Part shown: in pieces, positions 17,819 through 26,606 of the stretch
Layout: the number at the start of each line of letters is the position of its first letter
Numbering within the stretch: position 1 is the first letter of the stretch
From: Candidatus Baldrarchaeum yapensis
GTDB taxonomy: Archaea; Asgardarchaeota; Baldrarchaeia; Baldrarchaeales; Baldrarchaeaceae
NCBI GenBank assembly: GCA_016840465.1
Contig: JAEOSH010000002.1
Span: 60,001 to 92,000 of the forward strand
DNA: 32,000 bases
Reading direction: 5' to 3'
The notes under the pieces: model-generated
The model's database searches: none
What the model was told of the DNA's origin: nothing
The model's input: only the letters and a program-made list of their open reading frames with translations
Program-made: the position numbers and the translations under genes

Positions 17819-18751
17819 TTATATAAGGAGCGCTAGCAACGCCTTTTCCGTATGAAGTCGGTTCTCTGCTTGATCCCACACGACCGAGTGCACGGGGTCA
17901 TCTATAACTTCGGGTGCAACTTCCTCTCCTCTGTGAGCGGGAAGGCAATGCATAAAGATGAAGTCTTTCTTCGCATGTGATACGAGTTCTTTATTAACTT
18001 GCCAACCTTCAAAGTCCTTCTTTCGTTTTTCCGTCTCATGTTCCATGCCCATTGATACGAAGACATCAGTATAAATGACGTCCGCGTTTTCAACAGCCTC
18101 TATGGGATCATTTGTTATTACGACCTGCGAACCACTATGTGATGCGTTCTCCATTGTCCATTCTATTACGAATTCTTTTGGCTCATAGCCCTTAGGGGTT
18201 GCCACCGCAATATCTGCACCAAGTTTTGAGCACGCTATCATCAACGAGTGACAAACATTGTTTCCATCGCCCACGAATGCCACCTTGACTCCTTTCAATC
18301 TACCTTTCTTCTCAATTATTGTCATGATGTCTGCTAGTGCTTGGCAAGGATGGAATAAGTCACTTAACGCATTTATTACCGGAACCGTTGCGAATTCCGC
18401 AAGTTCCTCTAAATCTTTATGATCATATACTCTAGCGACTATTCCGTGAACGTATCTACTCAATACTCGTGCAGTATCGGATATTAGTTCTCCTCTTCTC
18501 AGTTGCAAATCGTCCCATCGAAGATAGAGAGCCGTGCCACCTAATTCATACATTGCAACCTCAAAACTGACTCTTGTACGCGTTGATGGTTTTTGGAATA
18601 TCATTGCGATCGTCTTATTACGTAAAGGCTTTCTAAACTCGCCATACGCTCTTTCCCTTTTAAACTCAAACGATGATTGGAGAATGAACTGTATCTCTTC
18701 AGGAGAGTAATCTTGAAGTGTCAGGAAGTCTCTACCACGAATATTTGCCAT
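17819..18751 (-). CDS. argF: Ornithine carbamoyltransferase
   Basis: PSTRTR carbamoyl-phosphate motif, NALSDLFHPCQ, DVFVSMG, HCLP and DQAENRLH. Confidence 0.95.
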   Translation of the reverse strand: MANIRGRDFLTLQDYSPEEIQFILQSSFEFKRERAYGEFRKPLRNKTIAMIFQKPSTRTRVSFEVAMYELGGTALYLRWDDLQLRRGELISDTARVLSRYVHGIVARVYDHKDLEELAEFATVPVINALSDLFHPCQALADIMTIIEKKGRLKGVKVAFVGDGNNVCHSLMIACSKLGADIAVATPKGYEPKEFVIEWTMENASHSGSQVVITNDPIEAVENADVIYTDVFVSMGMEHETEKRKKDFEGWQVNKELVSHAKKDFIFMHCLPAHRGEEVAPEVIDDPVHSVVWDQAENRLHTEKALLALLI

Positions 18752-18763
18752 AAAATTCACCCC

Positions 18764-19675
18764 TTATAACCCACTAAGAATGTTGTTAACGAACCATTCT
18801 GGGTCGAACTCTTTAAGATCATCGAGCGAGGTTCCCGTTCCTATAAATATTATGGGTTTTCCGGTAACATGAACTATCGAAATTGAAGACCCACCTTTTA
18901 CATCGGCGTCAACTTTTGTTAATATTGAACAATCTATTCCTACTGCCTCGTGGAACTTTTGGGCCTGTTCGAAAGCGTCGTTGCCGGCCAGTGCATCCCC
19001 AACGAATATTGTAAGATCTGGTTCGACCACCCTTGCTATTTTCTTCATCTCATCCATCAAATTTTTATCTGTTTGAACTCGCCCAGCAGTGTCTATTAGT
19101 ACCGCATCTATTCCTTTCGCCTTTGCATGCATTACAGCGTCATAGGCGACGGCGGCCGGATCCGCCCCATATTGATGTTTTATGACCCTAACACCGACCC
19201 TTTTTGCCAATTTTTCCAACTGTTCTATTGAGCCCGCCCGGAACGTATCTGCTGCTGCAAGAACGACAGAGTATCCATGCTTTTTGAGGAGATTCGCAAG
19301 TTTGGCTATCGTAGTTGTTTTTCCTGTCCCATTAAATCCCACAAATAACATAACCGTTGGTTTTCCCATTTTTCGATTTTTCTCAAGCATTTCAAAAATA
19401 TCAACCTTAGAAGGAGGATTTAGAATCTTTAATAACGTATTTCTTAACACATCAAGAACCAACTTTCGCGGGTTTTCAAGAATTCCTATTTTCTTTCCCA
19501 CGAGAGTCTCTTTTATCTTTTCGGCCAACTCTTCAGCGACTGGTAGTGCCACATCTGCGCTTACAAGTGCAAGTTTAAAGTCCCATAATATTTCATCGAG
19601 AGACTCTTCGCTGAGCGTTTTTTTGGTGACTTTTTCCAAGAGCTTGCCTATGCTCCTTTTGAGCTTTTCAAACAA
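18764..19675 (-). CDS. ftsY: SRP receptor FtsY
   Basis: GFNGTGKTTT, AADTFRAG, DTAGR and TKVD.D.KGG. TTG start at 19675 (MFEKLK) preferred over ORF-track 19684. Confidence 0.96.
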   Translation of the reverse strand: MFEKLKRSIGKLLEKVTKKTLSEESLDEILWDFKLALVSADVALPVAEELAEKIKETLVGKKIGILENPRKLVLDVLRNTLLKILNPPSKVDIFEMLEKNRKMGKPTVMLFVGFNGTGKTTTIAKLANLLKKHGYSVVLAAADTFRAGSIEQLEKLAKRVGVRVIKHQYGADPAAVAYDAVMHAKAKGIDAVLIDTAGRVQTDKNLMDEMKKIARVVEPDLTIFVGDALAGNDAFEQAQKFHEAVGIDCSILTKVDADVKGGSSISIVHVTGKPIIFIGTGTSLDDLKEFDPEWFVNNILSGL

Positions 19676-19688
19676 CGTATACACCCGT

Positions 19689-20141
19689 TTATTGCCCTTT
19701 CTGTTGTACTCTTTGCTGTTGCAGTTTTTCGGCTATTGATTGTATCTGTCTTTGCAATTCTGACATCCGTGCAAGCAGTTGAGCAAGCAGATTTTCCCTC
19801 TGCATTTTTATGTTTTGGAGTTCTGCAATCCTATTTTCGATAAATTGTTTTGCTTGCTCAATGGGCTTCAGTATTGCAACATTTGCTCCAACATTTATTA
19901 TCACGTTCTCGTGGTCCACCAGTTTTGCTTTGAGAAAAGCTCGGCCACCTATGGGTATTAATATTTCGTCCCTTCCCTCTCCTCTTATAATCCCCTCTAA
20001 AGTCTCCGCTGTTATCCTCAACTGATCTATCGATGCACCAACTATATACAATTCCTGCTGTATTAAATCTGCTTGAGCCTTATAGAAATTATACTCCATA
20101 ATCAATTTCTGAAGTGTGTTTTCGCTAACCTCTTCAGCCAT
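19689..20141 (-). CDS. pfdA: Prefoldin alpha subunit
   Basis: Coiled-coil ends flank the beta-hairpins EILIPIGGRAFLKAKL...VIINVGANV; canonical position after rplX. Confidence 0.92.
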   Translation of the reverse strand: MAEEVSENTLQKLIMEYNFYKAQADLIQQELYIVGASIDQLRITAETLEGIIRGEGRDEILIPIGGRAFLKAKLVDHENVIINVGANVAILKPIEQAKQFIENRIAELQNIKMQRENLLAQLLARMSELQRQIQSIAEKLQQQRVQQKGQ

Positions 20142-20146
20142 TTGTA

Positions 20147-20398
20147 TTACCTCATTATTTTGTCTGTCTTGCAGAAGAACCTTACTATTGGATCCTCTAC
20201 CTCCTCAGGAGATATCTCCGTCACATTTGATATTTTTATTGCCCGTCGTTTGACGCGGTGATCACTTCCTATTTTCGACAAAACATATTCTATTGCGTGT
20301 TCTTTTTTCAATGCACGTACCTCTTTGACGAATCTCACTATATCACCGTTGTTTCTGAAATATCCTTCTATCCTGAATACTTTGGGATGCTCCTCCAA
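20147..20398 (-). CDS. rpl18a: Ribosomal protein eL20 (L18a/LX)
   Basis: KVFRIEG, FVKEVRAL...A.E.V.S.IGS.HRVKR..IKI. Confidence 0.92.
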   Translation of the reverse strand: MEEHPKVFRIEGYFRNNGDIVRFVKEVRALKKEHAIEYVLSKIGSDHRVKRRAIKISNVTEISPEEVEDPIVRFFCKTDKIMR

Positions 20399-20409
20399 GG
20401 AGCAACACC

Positions 20410-21081
20410 TCAGACGCCGAGGGTTTCACTAATCCTTACCATTTCGTGATATGTAGTGTTTAATCCCACAGCGGCGCCCTTCGAGTTTGCAATCATTCCC
20501 GCACCTACAAATGGCATACCATGGTTAACGGTGCCGATACCTATAGGGACTTTAAATATAGATGATATCCACTCTATCTCCTCATCCGAGAACATTGGAT
20601 TTAATAATATTCCCTTATTGGTTGCAACCCCACAAGATCCAACAAGAGGGATCGTGTAATTTTCTCTCCTTAATACTTCAACATCCAGTACATCGGCTAT
20701 TATCCTAATGGCTTTAAAATCAAACTCGGGATGCACAATCGCATGTTTATCATTTGTAAGTATAAGGTTACCTAGTGCCGTTAACTTTGACGGCAACCTT
20801 TCGATATTGACATCACCACCGAGTTTCTCATGTAGCTGCCTTATCTCATCATCACTCGCATAATATGGAACCAGTATTCCTTTGGAATTAGCAGATACAA
20901 GAACGCCAATTAACGTACTATCGCCTATCTTCGCCTTTATAACCGGAACATCCAACGTTCTTTCTAGAGATTCTACTATTTTTTCCTCAGCATCAAATCT
21001 TACAAGAACAAATTTGTCTGTTGCGACTGCAAATACTCCGATATTAACATTGCCATTTATGTCTATTCGTATGATCGCCAA
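20410..21081 (-). CDS. eif6: Translation initiation factor 6 (aIF6)
   Basis: GNVNIGVF, LGNLILTND, GTVNHG.PFVGAG.IANSKGA.VG. Confidence 0.95.
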   Translation of the reverse strand: MAIIRIDINGNVNIGVFAVATDKFVLVRFDAEEKIVESLERTLDVPVIKAKIGDSTLIGVLVSANSKGILVPYYASDDEIRQLHEKLGGDVNIERLPSKLTALGNLILTNDKHAIVHPEFDFKAIRIIADVLDVEVLRRENYTIPLVGSCGVATNKGILLNPMFSDEEIEWISSIFKVPIGIGTVNHGMPFVGAGMIANSKGAAVGLNTTYHEMVRISETLGV

Positions 21082-21085
21082 ATTC

Positions 21086-21376
21086 TCACCCTTCGGCTAA
21101 GTAAACTGTCACGACATCGTCCTCTGTTTTCTGAGCTCTGACCTTTATCTTCCGTGGAGGCTTCTGAATACCTCTCTCCCATATTTTCTCGTTTAACTTT
21201 GTGTCTATTTTCACTTCTTTAGCTTTCATATGCCTCTTTATAAATTCTTTTATCGCATTTATTGCCTTCTTCGCTCTCTTTCTTCTAGAAACACATATGA
21301 ATTTTTTCGCAAGGGGAATCACATATATTCTTTCCTCTTTGACAACCTCTGCTCCCGCGGACCCCGCTTCTTCCAT
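21086..21376 (-). CDS. rpl31e: Ribosomal protein eL31
   Basis: [27 protein letters not shown] and LNEKIWERG...PP.KIKV. Confidence 0.96.
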   Translation of the reverse strand: MEEAGSAGAEVVKEERIYVIPLAKKFICVSRRKRAKKAINAIKEFIKRHMKAKEVKIDTKLNEKIWERGIQKPPRKIKVRAQKTEDDVVTVYLAEG

Positions 21377-21393
21377 ATTTTTTCACCCTAAAG

Positions 21394-21549
21394 TTAGAGT
21401 TTTAGTCTTTTTCGCCTCCAATGTCTTCTTTTGGGATGTGTCCTGACCCTTCCCTTCGTTCTTACGATAACCCATAATGGGACACTTCTATTTGATTTTA
21501 AAGCGCTTGCAAGTCGTAATTTTTTTCCTAAAGGTTTTGCTCGAGCCAT
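21394..21549 (-). CDS. rpl39e: Ribosomal protein eL39 (not in the ORF track; 51 aa)
   Basis: Manual translation [51 protein letters not shown]; SD GAAGGTG upstream. Confidence 0.96.
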   Translation of the reverse strand: MARAKPLGKKLRLASALKSNRSVPLWVIVRTKGRVRTHPKRRHWRRKRLKL

Positions 21550-21561
21550 TATGACACCTTC

Positions 21562-21897
21562 CTACCTAAATTTTATTTTCGGCTCACGTCTTGTACTATA
21601 CAATCTTTTGAGGATTTCTTTCAACATGTCATCGGTTATAGGTAGCTGAACTCTTCCAGTCTGGGCAAGCCTTATCAATTCTAACTCCAGTTGTTCTGCA
21701 AATGTTGGCCGCACCATTTTTATCCTTGTTAATCTTTCTCTAGCATCGGGCGTGAGAATCCTTCGAAGAATTGCTGCCTTCTGCTCTTCCATTTGTCTTC
21801 GCAGTTCTTCCCTTCTACGTGCTTCTTCCAACTCCCTTTGCAACTCAAGTAATCTTCTTCTTCTAAGAGCCTCCAACTCGGCATCCTCTTCCAACAT
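21562..21897 (-). CDS. PDCD5/TFAR19 family DNA-binding protein
   Basis: ELEALRRRRLLELQ, ILRRILTPDARERL.RIKMVRP.FA and ITDDMLKEIL. Confidence 0.93.
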   Translation of the reverse strand: MLEEDAELEALRRRRLLELQRELEEARRREELRRQMEEQKAAILRRILTPDARERLTRIKMVRPTFAEQLELELIRLAQTGRVQLPITDDMLKEILKRLYSTRREPKIKFR

Positions 21898-21921
21898 AAC
21901 CGCCTCTCATCACGTACTTTC

Positions 21922-22383
21922 TTAATATTTTGTAAGTGCTGGTATTTGTTTTTGCAGTTTTATTTTTATTTCATGTGCCAGTTTGTCGAGGAGAGATCTA
22001 CCCATATTTGTGAGTCTTCTTCCCTCTTTCGGAACCTTTTCGACTAGTCCCACCGCTTCTAGTTGTTGCAGAGCCTTTCTGATTATGGACCCACTACCTT
22101 TGTAGAAATGCTCAGGGCATGCACCATTGTTTTTGCGACCACCATACATGTTCCTAAGGCGCGATACGCCTATTGGACCATGGATGTATAGTTTTCTCAG
22201 GAGAGATGCACACCTAACGTACCACCAGTCTGGATCAGTGGGCGCTCTTTCCTTGTGTACGCCGGTTTTAACGAAATTTGCCCATGGTGGGGGTTTTATC
22301 TTGGGACTTTTCTTCAACTCCTCGGCAACTCTCTTAATGAGGAGATCTGCTGGTACATCATATACCGTTGTCACGGCACTCAC
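21922..22383 (-). CDS. rps19e: Ribosomal protein eS19
   Basis: [32 protein letters not shown] and [14 protein letters not shown]. Confidence 0.97.
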   Translation of the reverse strand: MSAVTTVYDVPADLLIKRVAEELKKSPKIKPPPWANFVKTGVHKERAPTDPDWWYVRCASLLRKLYIHGPIGVSRLRNMYGGRKNNGACPEHFYKGSGSIIRKALQQLEAVGLVEKVPKEGRRLTNMGRSLLDKLAHEIKIKLQKQIPALTKY

Positions 22384-22453
22384 GCCCTTGAGATGATTAC
22401 TTTCTGAAGGTTATCATTAATTTCAACTAAAATTTTTTGTCATCGGAAGTTCC

Positions 22454-22795
22454 TTAAGACCTCTTCTTAACCCTGTTAACTTTGTAGGGGTACCTTATTT
22501 GTCTTTTACAGTTAAAGCACGTAATGGTAATATGAGGATATCTATTCGTCCTGAGTCTAACCCGGCAATTAACACCGGGAACGAGGAATGTACCACAATG
22601 TTTGCAGATTCTCCTCTTTATATGACGCGGTATGCGAACCCTACACTTCATACTTATTTTGCGTATTAAATCTATATACCGTTGTGCAAGTTCTGGCAAC
22701 TCCTCGAACAACTTGCTTGCCATCTCATATAATATCTCCATTCGCTGGCGGGCAATGTCTCTTATCAGTGCGCGCTCACTCTTCCTTCTAGCCAT
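22454..22795 (-). CDS. rnp4: Ribonuclease P protein component 4 (Rpp21)
   Basis: IARQRMEIL, RYIDLIRKISMK, RRICKHC..FLVPG.N.RVR and TCFNC. ATG at 22795 preferred (ORF track 22849). Confidence 0.93.
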   Translation of the reverse strand: MARRKSERALIRDIARQRMEILYEMASKLFEELPELAQRYIDLIRKISMKCRVRIPRHIKRRICKHCGTFLVPGVNCRVRLRTNRYPHITITCFNCKRQIRYPYKVNRVKKRS

Positions 22796-22884
22796 TGCAT
22801 CACATTCCTCATCATTTTTATTGGGTTTAAGACCTAATTTTTCATACACGCTTTAATGAATATAGATCTTTTTGGGTGCTCACA

Positions 22885-23592
22885 ATGCTGATGTTCATAG
22901 TTGCAGAAGCAGCACTCGAGGTGATTCCTCCAATCTTGAGACATTACAAGGCCATCCAGAGGCTTGCAAGCAGAAGAGGAAAGCGTCCTGATGAAATGCT
23001 ATTAGACTCTTCACTTCATCATTACTATATGAGGGCGTATCTAGGGGATTTTCACAAACGCGGTCGCCCTGATATTGTACACATGATTCTCCTATCAGTC
23101 ATGGGAACCCCACTCAATAAGGAAGGATTGCTCTCCGTCTACATTCACACATATAACGATTATGTGCTTTACATTAACCCCGAGACAAGGCTTCCTAAGA
23201 ACTACAATCGATTTGTTGGCCTTATGGAACAATTATTTAAATTAGGAAAAGTGCCCCCAGAAGGAGAGGCATTAATCAGACTTGAGAAGAAAACATTAAC
23301 TCAGTTGCTTGAGGAATTGAACCCTGATAAGGTGATACTGTTTTCGGAAGGTGGAGAATTGGTTGACCTTTTCGAGTTCTTTAAGAGGTTTTCTCCGGAT
23401 GAAAATATAGCAGTCATGATTGGTGGTTTTCCGCACGGCAGTTTTAGGGAGGAAACGGAAAAACTTGCTGATGTCAAAGTATCCATAGATCCTGAACCGT
23501 TGGAGGCGTGGGTAGTTGCATCTCGGATAATTTACGCATATGAATACACTATCGGCGTGACGAGAAATCGTTTATTGAAAAAGTTAGGGTGA
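22885..23592 (+). CDS. nep1: Nep1/Emg1 SPOUT methyltransferase (small-subunit rRNA N1-methylpseudouridine)
   Basis: LLDSSLH, RGRPDIVH, PLNKEG.L..YIHT, RLPKNYNRFVGLMEQL and IGGFPHG.F. Confidence 0.95.
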   Translation: MLMFIVAEAALEVIPPILRHYKAIQRLASRRGKRPDEMLLDSSLHHYYMRAYLGDFHKRGRPDIVHMILLSVMGTPLNKEGLLSVYIHTYNDYVLYINPETRLPKNYNRFVGLMEQLFKLGKVPPEGEALIRLEKKTLTQLLEELNPDKVILFSEGGELVDLFEFFKRFSPDENIAVMIGGFPHGSFREETEKLADVKVSIDPEPLEAWVVASRIIYAYEYTIGVTRNRLLKKLG

Positions 23593-24812
23593 TAAAGTTG
23601 TTAATAGGAATTGTGGGAAAGCCCTCATCGGGAAAAACAACGTTTTTGAATGCTGCATGTTTGACTTCATACAAAGTTGCCGATTACCCGTTTACAACCA
23701 TAGAGCCCCAGCCTGGGACTGCTTTTGTCCGCGTAAAATGTGTTTGTAAGGAGTTTGACGTTAAATGCAATCCTAAAGTGGGTTATTGTGTCAATGGCGT
23801 ACGATATGTGCCCGTACATATGCTCGATGTTGCTGGTCTCGTTCCAGATGCCTGGATGGGAAGGGGGTTAGGGAATAAGTTCTTAGATGACCTTAGAACG
23901 GCAGATGCCCTGATTCATGTGGTTGATGCAAGTGGCTCCACTGATGCTGAGGGCAGAAAAGTGCCACCAGGATCATGGGATCCGGTAAAGGACGTCGAAT
24001 TTCTCGAAAGAGAGATAGCTATGTGGATAGTTCAGATACTCAAAAGGGACTGGAGAAGGCTTGTAGGCAAAGCACGAAGTTTAAGAGTAAAGCCGGAGGA
24101 TGTATTATTTGAACGATTATCTGGATTGAAAATTTCAAAAACGGATATAGCATCCGCTTTAAAGGCCAGCGGGTTGGAGGGAAAGAAGCTAGATACTTGG
24201 AATGATGACGATCTGTATAATTTCGTTAAAGTTTTACGAGAGATATCAAAACCGATGATAATTGCTGCGAACAAAATAGATTTGCCATACGCGGAAGAGA
24301 ACCTCAAGCGACTCATAGAAGTATTTAAAGGAAGATATGAAGTTGTTCCTTGTTGCGCTGCAGGTGAATATGCACTTAGGCAACTTGCACAGCGAGGGAT
24401 AATCAGTTATAACCCAGGGGATTGCGATTTTGAAATTTTAAAGCCGGAAAAACTTTCTAAAGATGCTTTAGATAGATTGGAAAGGTTAAGATCTCAGGTG
24501 CTAAAAAAATATGGATCTACTGGCGTACAGATGGTATTAGAAAAGGTAGTATTTGAGTTATTGGATCTTATCCCCGTATTTCCGGTAGAAGATCCAAAGA
24601 GACTTACCGATCATCATGGAAATGTGCTTCCGGATGTCTTTTTGGTACCGAGGGGCTCAACCGCACGGGATTTAGCTTACATGATACATACCGAATTAGG
24701 AGATACGTTTCTTTATGCAATTGATGTAAGAACGGGTATGAGACTGGGTGAAGACGAGGAACTCAAAGAGAGAGCTGTTGTAAAAATTGTTGCAACAGCC
24801 GCGAGGAGGTAG
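23589..24812 (+). CDS. ychF: OBG/YchF-family translation-associated NTPase (archaeal type, with TGS domain)
   Basis: GKPSSGKTT, YPFTT, DVAGLVP.A..GRGLGNKFLDDL, NKID and the C-terminal TGS segment AYMIHTELG. Confidence 0.9.
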   Translation: MIKLLIGIVGKPSSGKTTFLNAACLTSYKVADYPFTTIEPQPGTAFVRVKCVCKEFDVKCNPKVGYCVNGVRYVPVHMLDVAGLVPDAWMGRGLGNKFLDDLRTADALIHVVDASGSTDAEGRKVPPGSWDPVKDVEFLEREIAMWIVQILKRDWRRLVGKARSLRVKPEDVLFERLSGLKISKTDIASALKASGLEGKKLDTWNDDDLYNFVKVLREISKPMIIAANKIDLPYAEENLKRLIEVFKGRYEVVPCCAAGEYALRQLAQRGIISYNPGDCDFEILKPEKLSKDALDRLERLRSQVLKKYGSTGVQMVLEKVVFELLDLIPVFPVEDPKRLTDHHGNVLPDVFLVPRGSTARDLAYMIHTELGDTFLYAIDVRTGMRLGEDEELKERAVVKIVATAARR

Positions 24813-24817
24813 GAAAT

Positions 24818-25795
24818 ATGGAAATTAGAGTCTTGGTAACTGACCCTATACACAAAGATGGCATCGAACTTCTGAAAAAAAGTGGTTTTTCTGTAGATGA
24901 AAAGCCCGACATTAGCCATGATGAACTCGTGAAAATAGTAGGAGATTATGAAGTACTTATTGTGAGAGGACGTACTAAAGTCACAAGAGACGTGATTTCG
25001 GTTGCTAAAAAGTTAAAGGTCATTGGGAGAGCTGGTGTCGGTTTGGATAATATAGACTTAGAGGCCGCACGAGAGAGAGGTATTACTGTATTCAATGCGC
25101 CGGAGGCCGCGTCAGTTGCCGTTGCAGAACTCGTATTTGGGCTTCTAATTGCAGTAATGCGCGGAATATGTTTAGGAAATGCGGCACTTAAAAGAGGAGA
25201 ATGGATTAAAGCAAAACTTATGGGACATGAGTTAAGAGGAAAAGTTTTAGGAATAATAGGCTTAGGCAGAATAGGAACCGAGGTTGCAAAGCGCGCTAAG
25301 GCATTTGAAATGTACGTAAAGGCGTATGATGTTAGGGAAGAGGCCCGGCAATTGGCAGAAAGTTTAGGAGTCGAGTTTGTCGGGACTTCTAGGGAGGCGT
25401 TTGAGGAGTTGCTTAGAACTTCTGACATTATAACGATTCATGTCCCACTGACCAAGGACACTTATCATTTAATAGGCAAAAAAGAACTATCACTCATGAA
25501 ACCCAATGCTATCATCATAAATACCTCACGAGGTGGGGTTATCGATGAAAATGCCCTTTATGAGTTCCTCAAAGAGAGAAAAATATACGCCGCAGGACTC
25601 GATGTTTTCGAACAAGAACCCCCACGAGATCTGCGATTAGTCGGATTACCCAATGTGGTGGCTACACCACATATAGGGGCATCAACAGAGGAGGCCCAAA
25701 GAGCAGCATCTATAACTATTGCTGAGAGAATAATTCAGTACTTTGGAGAGAAAGGATGGCGCCGGGGGCGGGATTCGAACCCGCGCGGCCCGTAA
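24818..25795 (+). CDS. serA: D-isomer 2-hydroxyacid dehydrogenase, probably short-type D-3-phosphoglycerate dehydrogenase (no ACT domain)
   Basis: RAGVGLDNID, GIIGLGRIG, HVPL, NTSRGGVIDE, LDVF and TPHIGASTEEAQ. Substrate not certain. Confidence 0.75.
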   Translation: MEIRVLVTDPIHKDGIELLKKSGFSVDEKPDISHDELVKIVGDYEVLIVRGRTKVTRDVISVAKKLKVIGRAGVGLDNIDLEAARERGITVFNAPEAASVAVAELVFGLLIAVMRGICLGNAALKRGEWIKAKLMGHELRGKVLGIIGLGRIGTEVAKRAKAFEMYVKAYDVREEARQLAESLGVEFVGTSREAFEELLRTSDIITIHVPLTKDTYHLIGKKELSLMKPNAIIINTSRGGVIDENALYEFLKERKIYAAGLDVFEQEPPRDLRLVGLPNVVATPHIGASTEEAQRAASITIAERIIQYFGEKGWRRGRDSNPRGP

Positions 25796-25807
25796 GGGCC
25801 ACGGGCT

Positions 25808-25820
25808 TTATGGTCGAAAT
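25808..25820 (-). other. 13-nt tRNA intron at canonical 37/38
   Basis: Intron AUUUCGACCAUAA. U33-G34-G35 pair with intron CCA, with a C32.U mismatch; bulges AG|A and AA|A. Confidence 0.82.
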
Positions 25821-25828
25821 CTCCAGGC

Positions 25829-25847
25829 TTGCGCCCGCCGTAGCGGT
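25829..25847 (-). other. 19-nt tRNA intron at 29/30
   Basis: Intron ACCGCUACGGCGGGCGCAA. Central helix G24-C25-G26-C27 pairs with intron GCGC; bulges GG|A and AA|G; intron hairpin CCGC-UACG-GCGG. Confidence 0.87.
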
Positions 25848-25981
25848 CCGCGCCTTGGCCAGCTAGGCTACCCCGGCGCGATAATACCTATATGGGAGTT
25901 ATGGTGGGGAAATGATTACATCCCGATACGGTACTTCGCTCTACTAATTTTACTTTTGGTTTTGACAGAAACTTATATTTT

Positions 25982-26605
25982 TTATGACATTGGTTTGCTT
26001 AATGGTGCTTCGCAAAGTCTTGATAAAAACACGAAATATCCTTTCTTTTTCGCTAAAATTTCAAGATTGCCGAATGTTTCTTCCATGAACTTCATTATTC
26101 TTTCTGCGCCTTTATTTCTTTTTGCGACGATTTGTAGAGTTCCTCCATTTTTCAAATGTATTGGTGCGAGTTTTATTAATTTGATAACAGTATCGAGTCC
26201 CTTATGGATCGGAGGGTTAGAAACTATAGCATTGAACTTCATGCCTCTAACTGGCTCATAAAGATCTCCCTGAATCACTTTTACATTTCTCACACCGTTT
26301 CTCTTAGCGTTCTCACGCGCTAACATTACTGCCCTCCTGTTAATATCCGTCATTATAACATGCAACCTTTCATTTATCTTTGCGGCCACTATCCCTATAA
26401 CACCATAACCGCATCCAAGATCTAGGAAAGTTCCCTCATTCGGAATTTCCATGGTTTCGACAAGAAGTCTTGTCCCTAGGTCTACTTTCTTGTAGGAAAA
26501 AACTCCAGACGCTGTTAAAAACTCGAATATATGCCCTCTAAGGACAGTCTTTACGAGAAAAAGTTCAAATTCTGTAATCTGCTCTTCTGAATAATAATGC
26601 GGCAT
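25982..26605 (-). CDS. Class I SAM-dependent methyltransferase (MTS domain; RsmC/MJ0882-like)
   Basis: HYYS N-terminus, T..GVFS..KVD.GT.LL, DLGCGYG and the NPP motif. Confidence 0.85.
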   Translation of the reverse strand: MPHYYSEEQITEFELFLVKTVLRGHIFEFLTASGVFSYKKVDLGTRLLVETMEIPNEGTFLDLGCGYGVIGIVAAKINERLHVIMTDINRRAVMLARENAKRNGVRNVKVIQGDLYEPVRGMKFNAIVSNPPIHKGLDTVIKLIKLAPIHLKNGGTLQIVAKRNKGAERIMKFMEETFGNLEILAKKKGYFVFLSRLCEAPLSKPMS

Positions 26606-26606
26606 T

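Larger units (their letters stand above)
25757..25877 (-). tRNA. tRNA-Ser(GGA) with two introns (29/30 and 37/38), CCA encoded
   Basis: Acceptor stem GCCGGGG/CCCCGGC, then G73-CCA. After removing both introns the anticodon arm is CGGGC-CU GGA GA-GCCCG. Variable arm GGCCC-UUAC-GGGCC; T arm GCGGG UUCGAAU CCCGC. Confidence 0.93.

Noticed and set aside
19182-19739. Many 60-185 aa ORFs antisense to conserved genes (e.g. opposite ftsY, ftsZ, valS, P0)
   Set aside because: They lie fully within well-supported genes on the other strand and show no protein motifs.
25743-26261. 172-aa plus-strand ORF after serA
   Set aside because: It is antisense to tRNA-Ser and the methyltransferase gene and has no recognisable motif; a shadow ORF.
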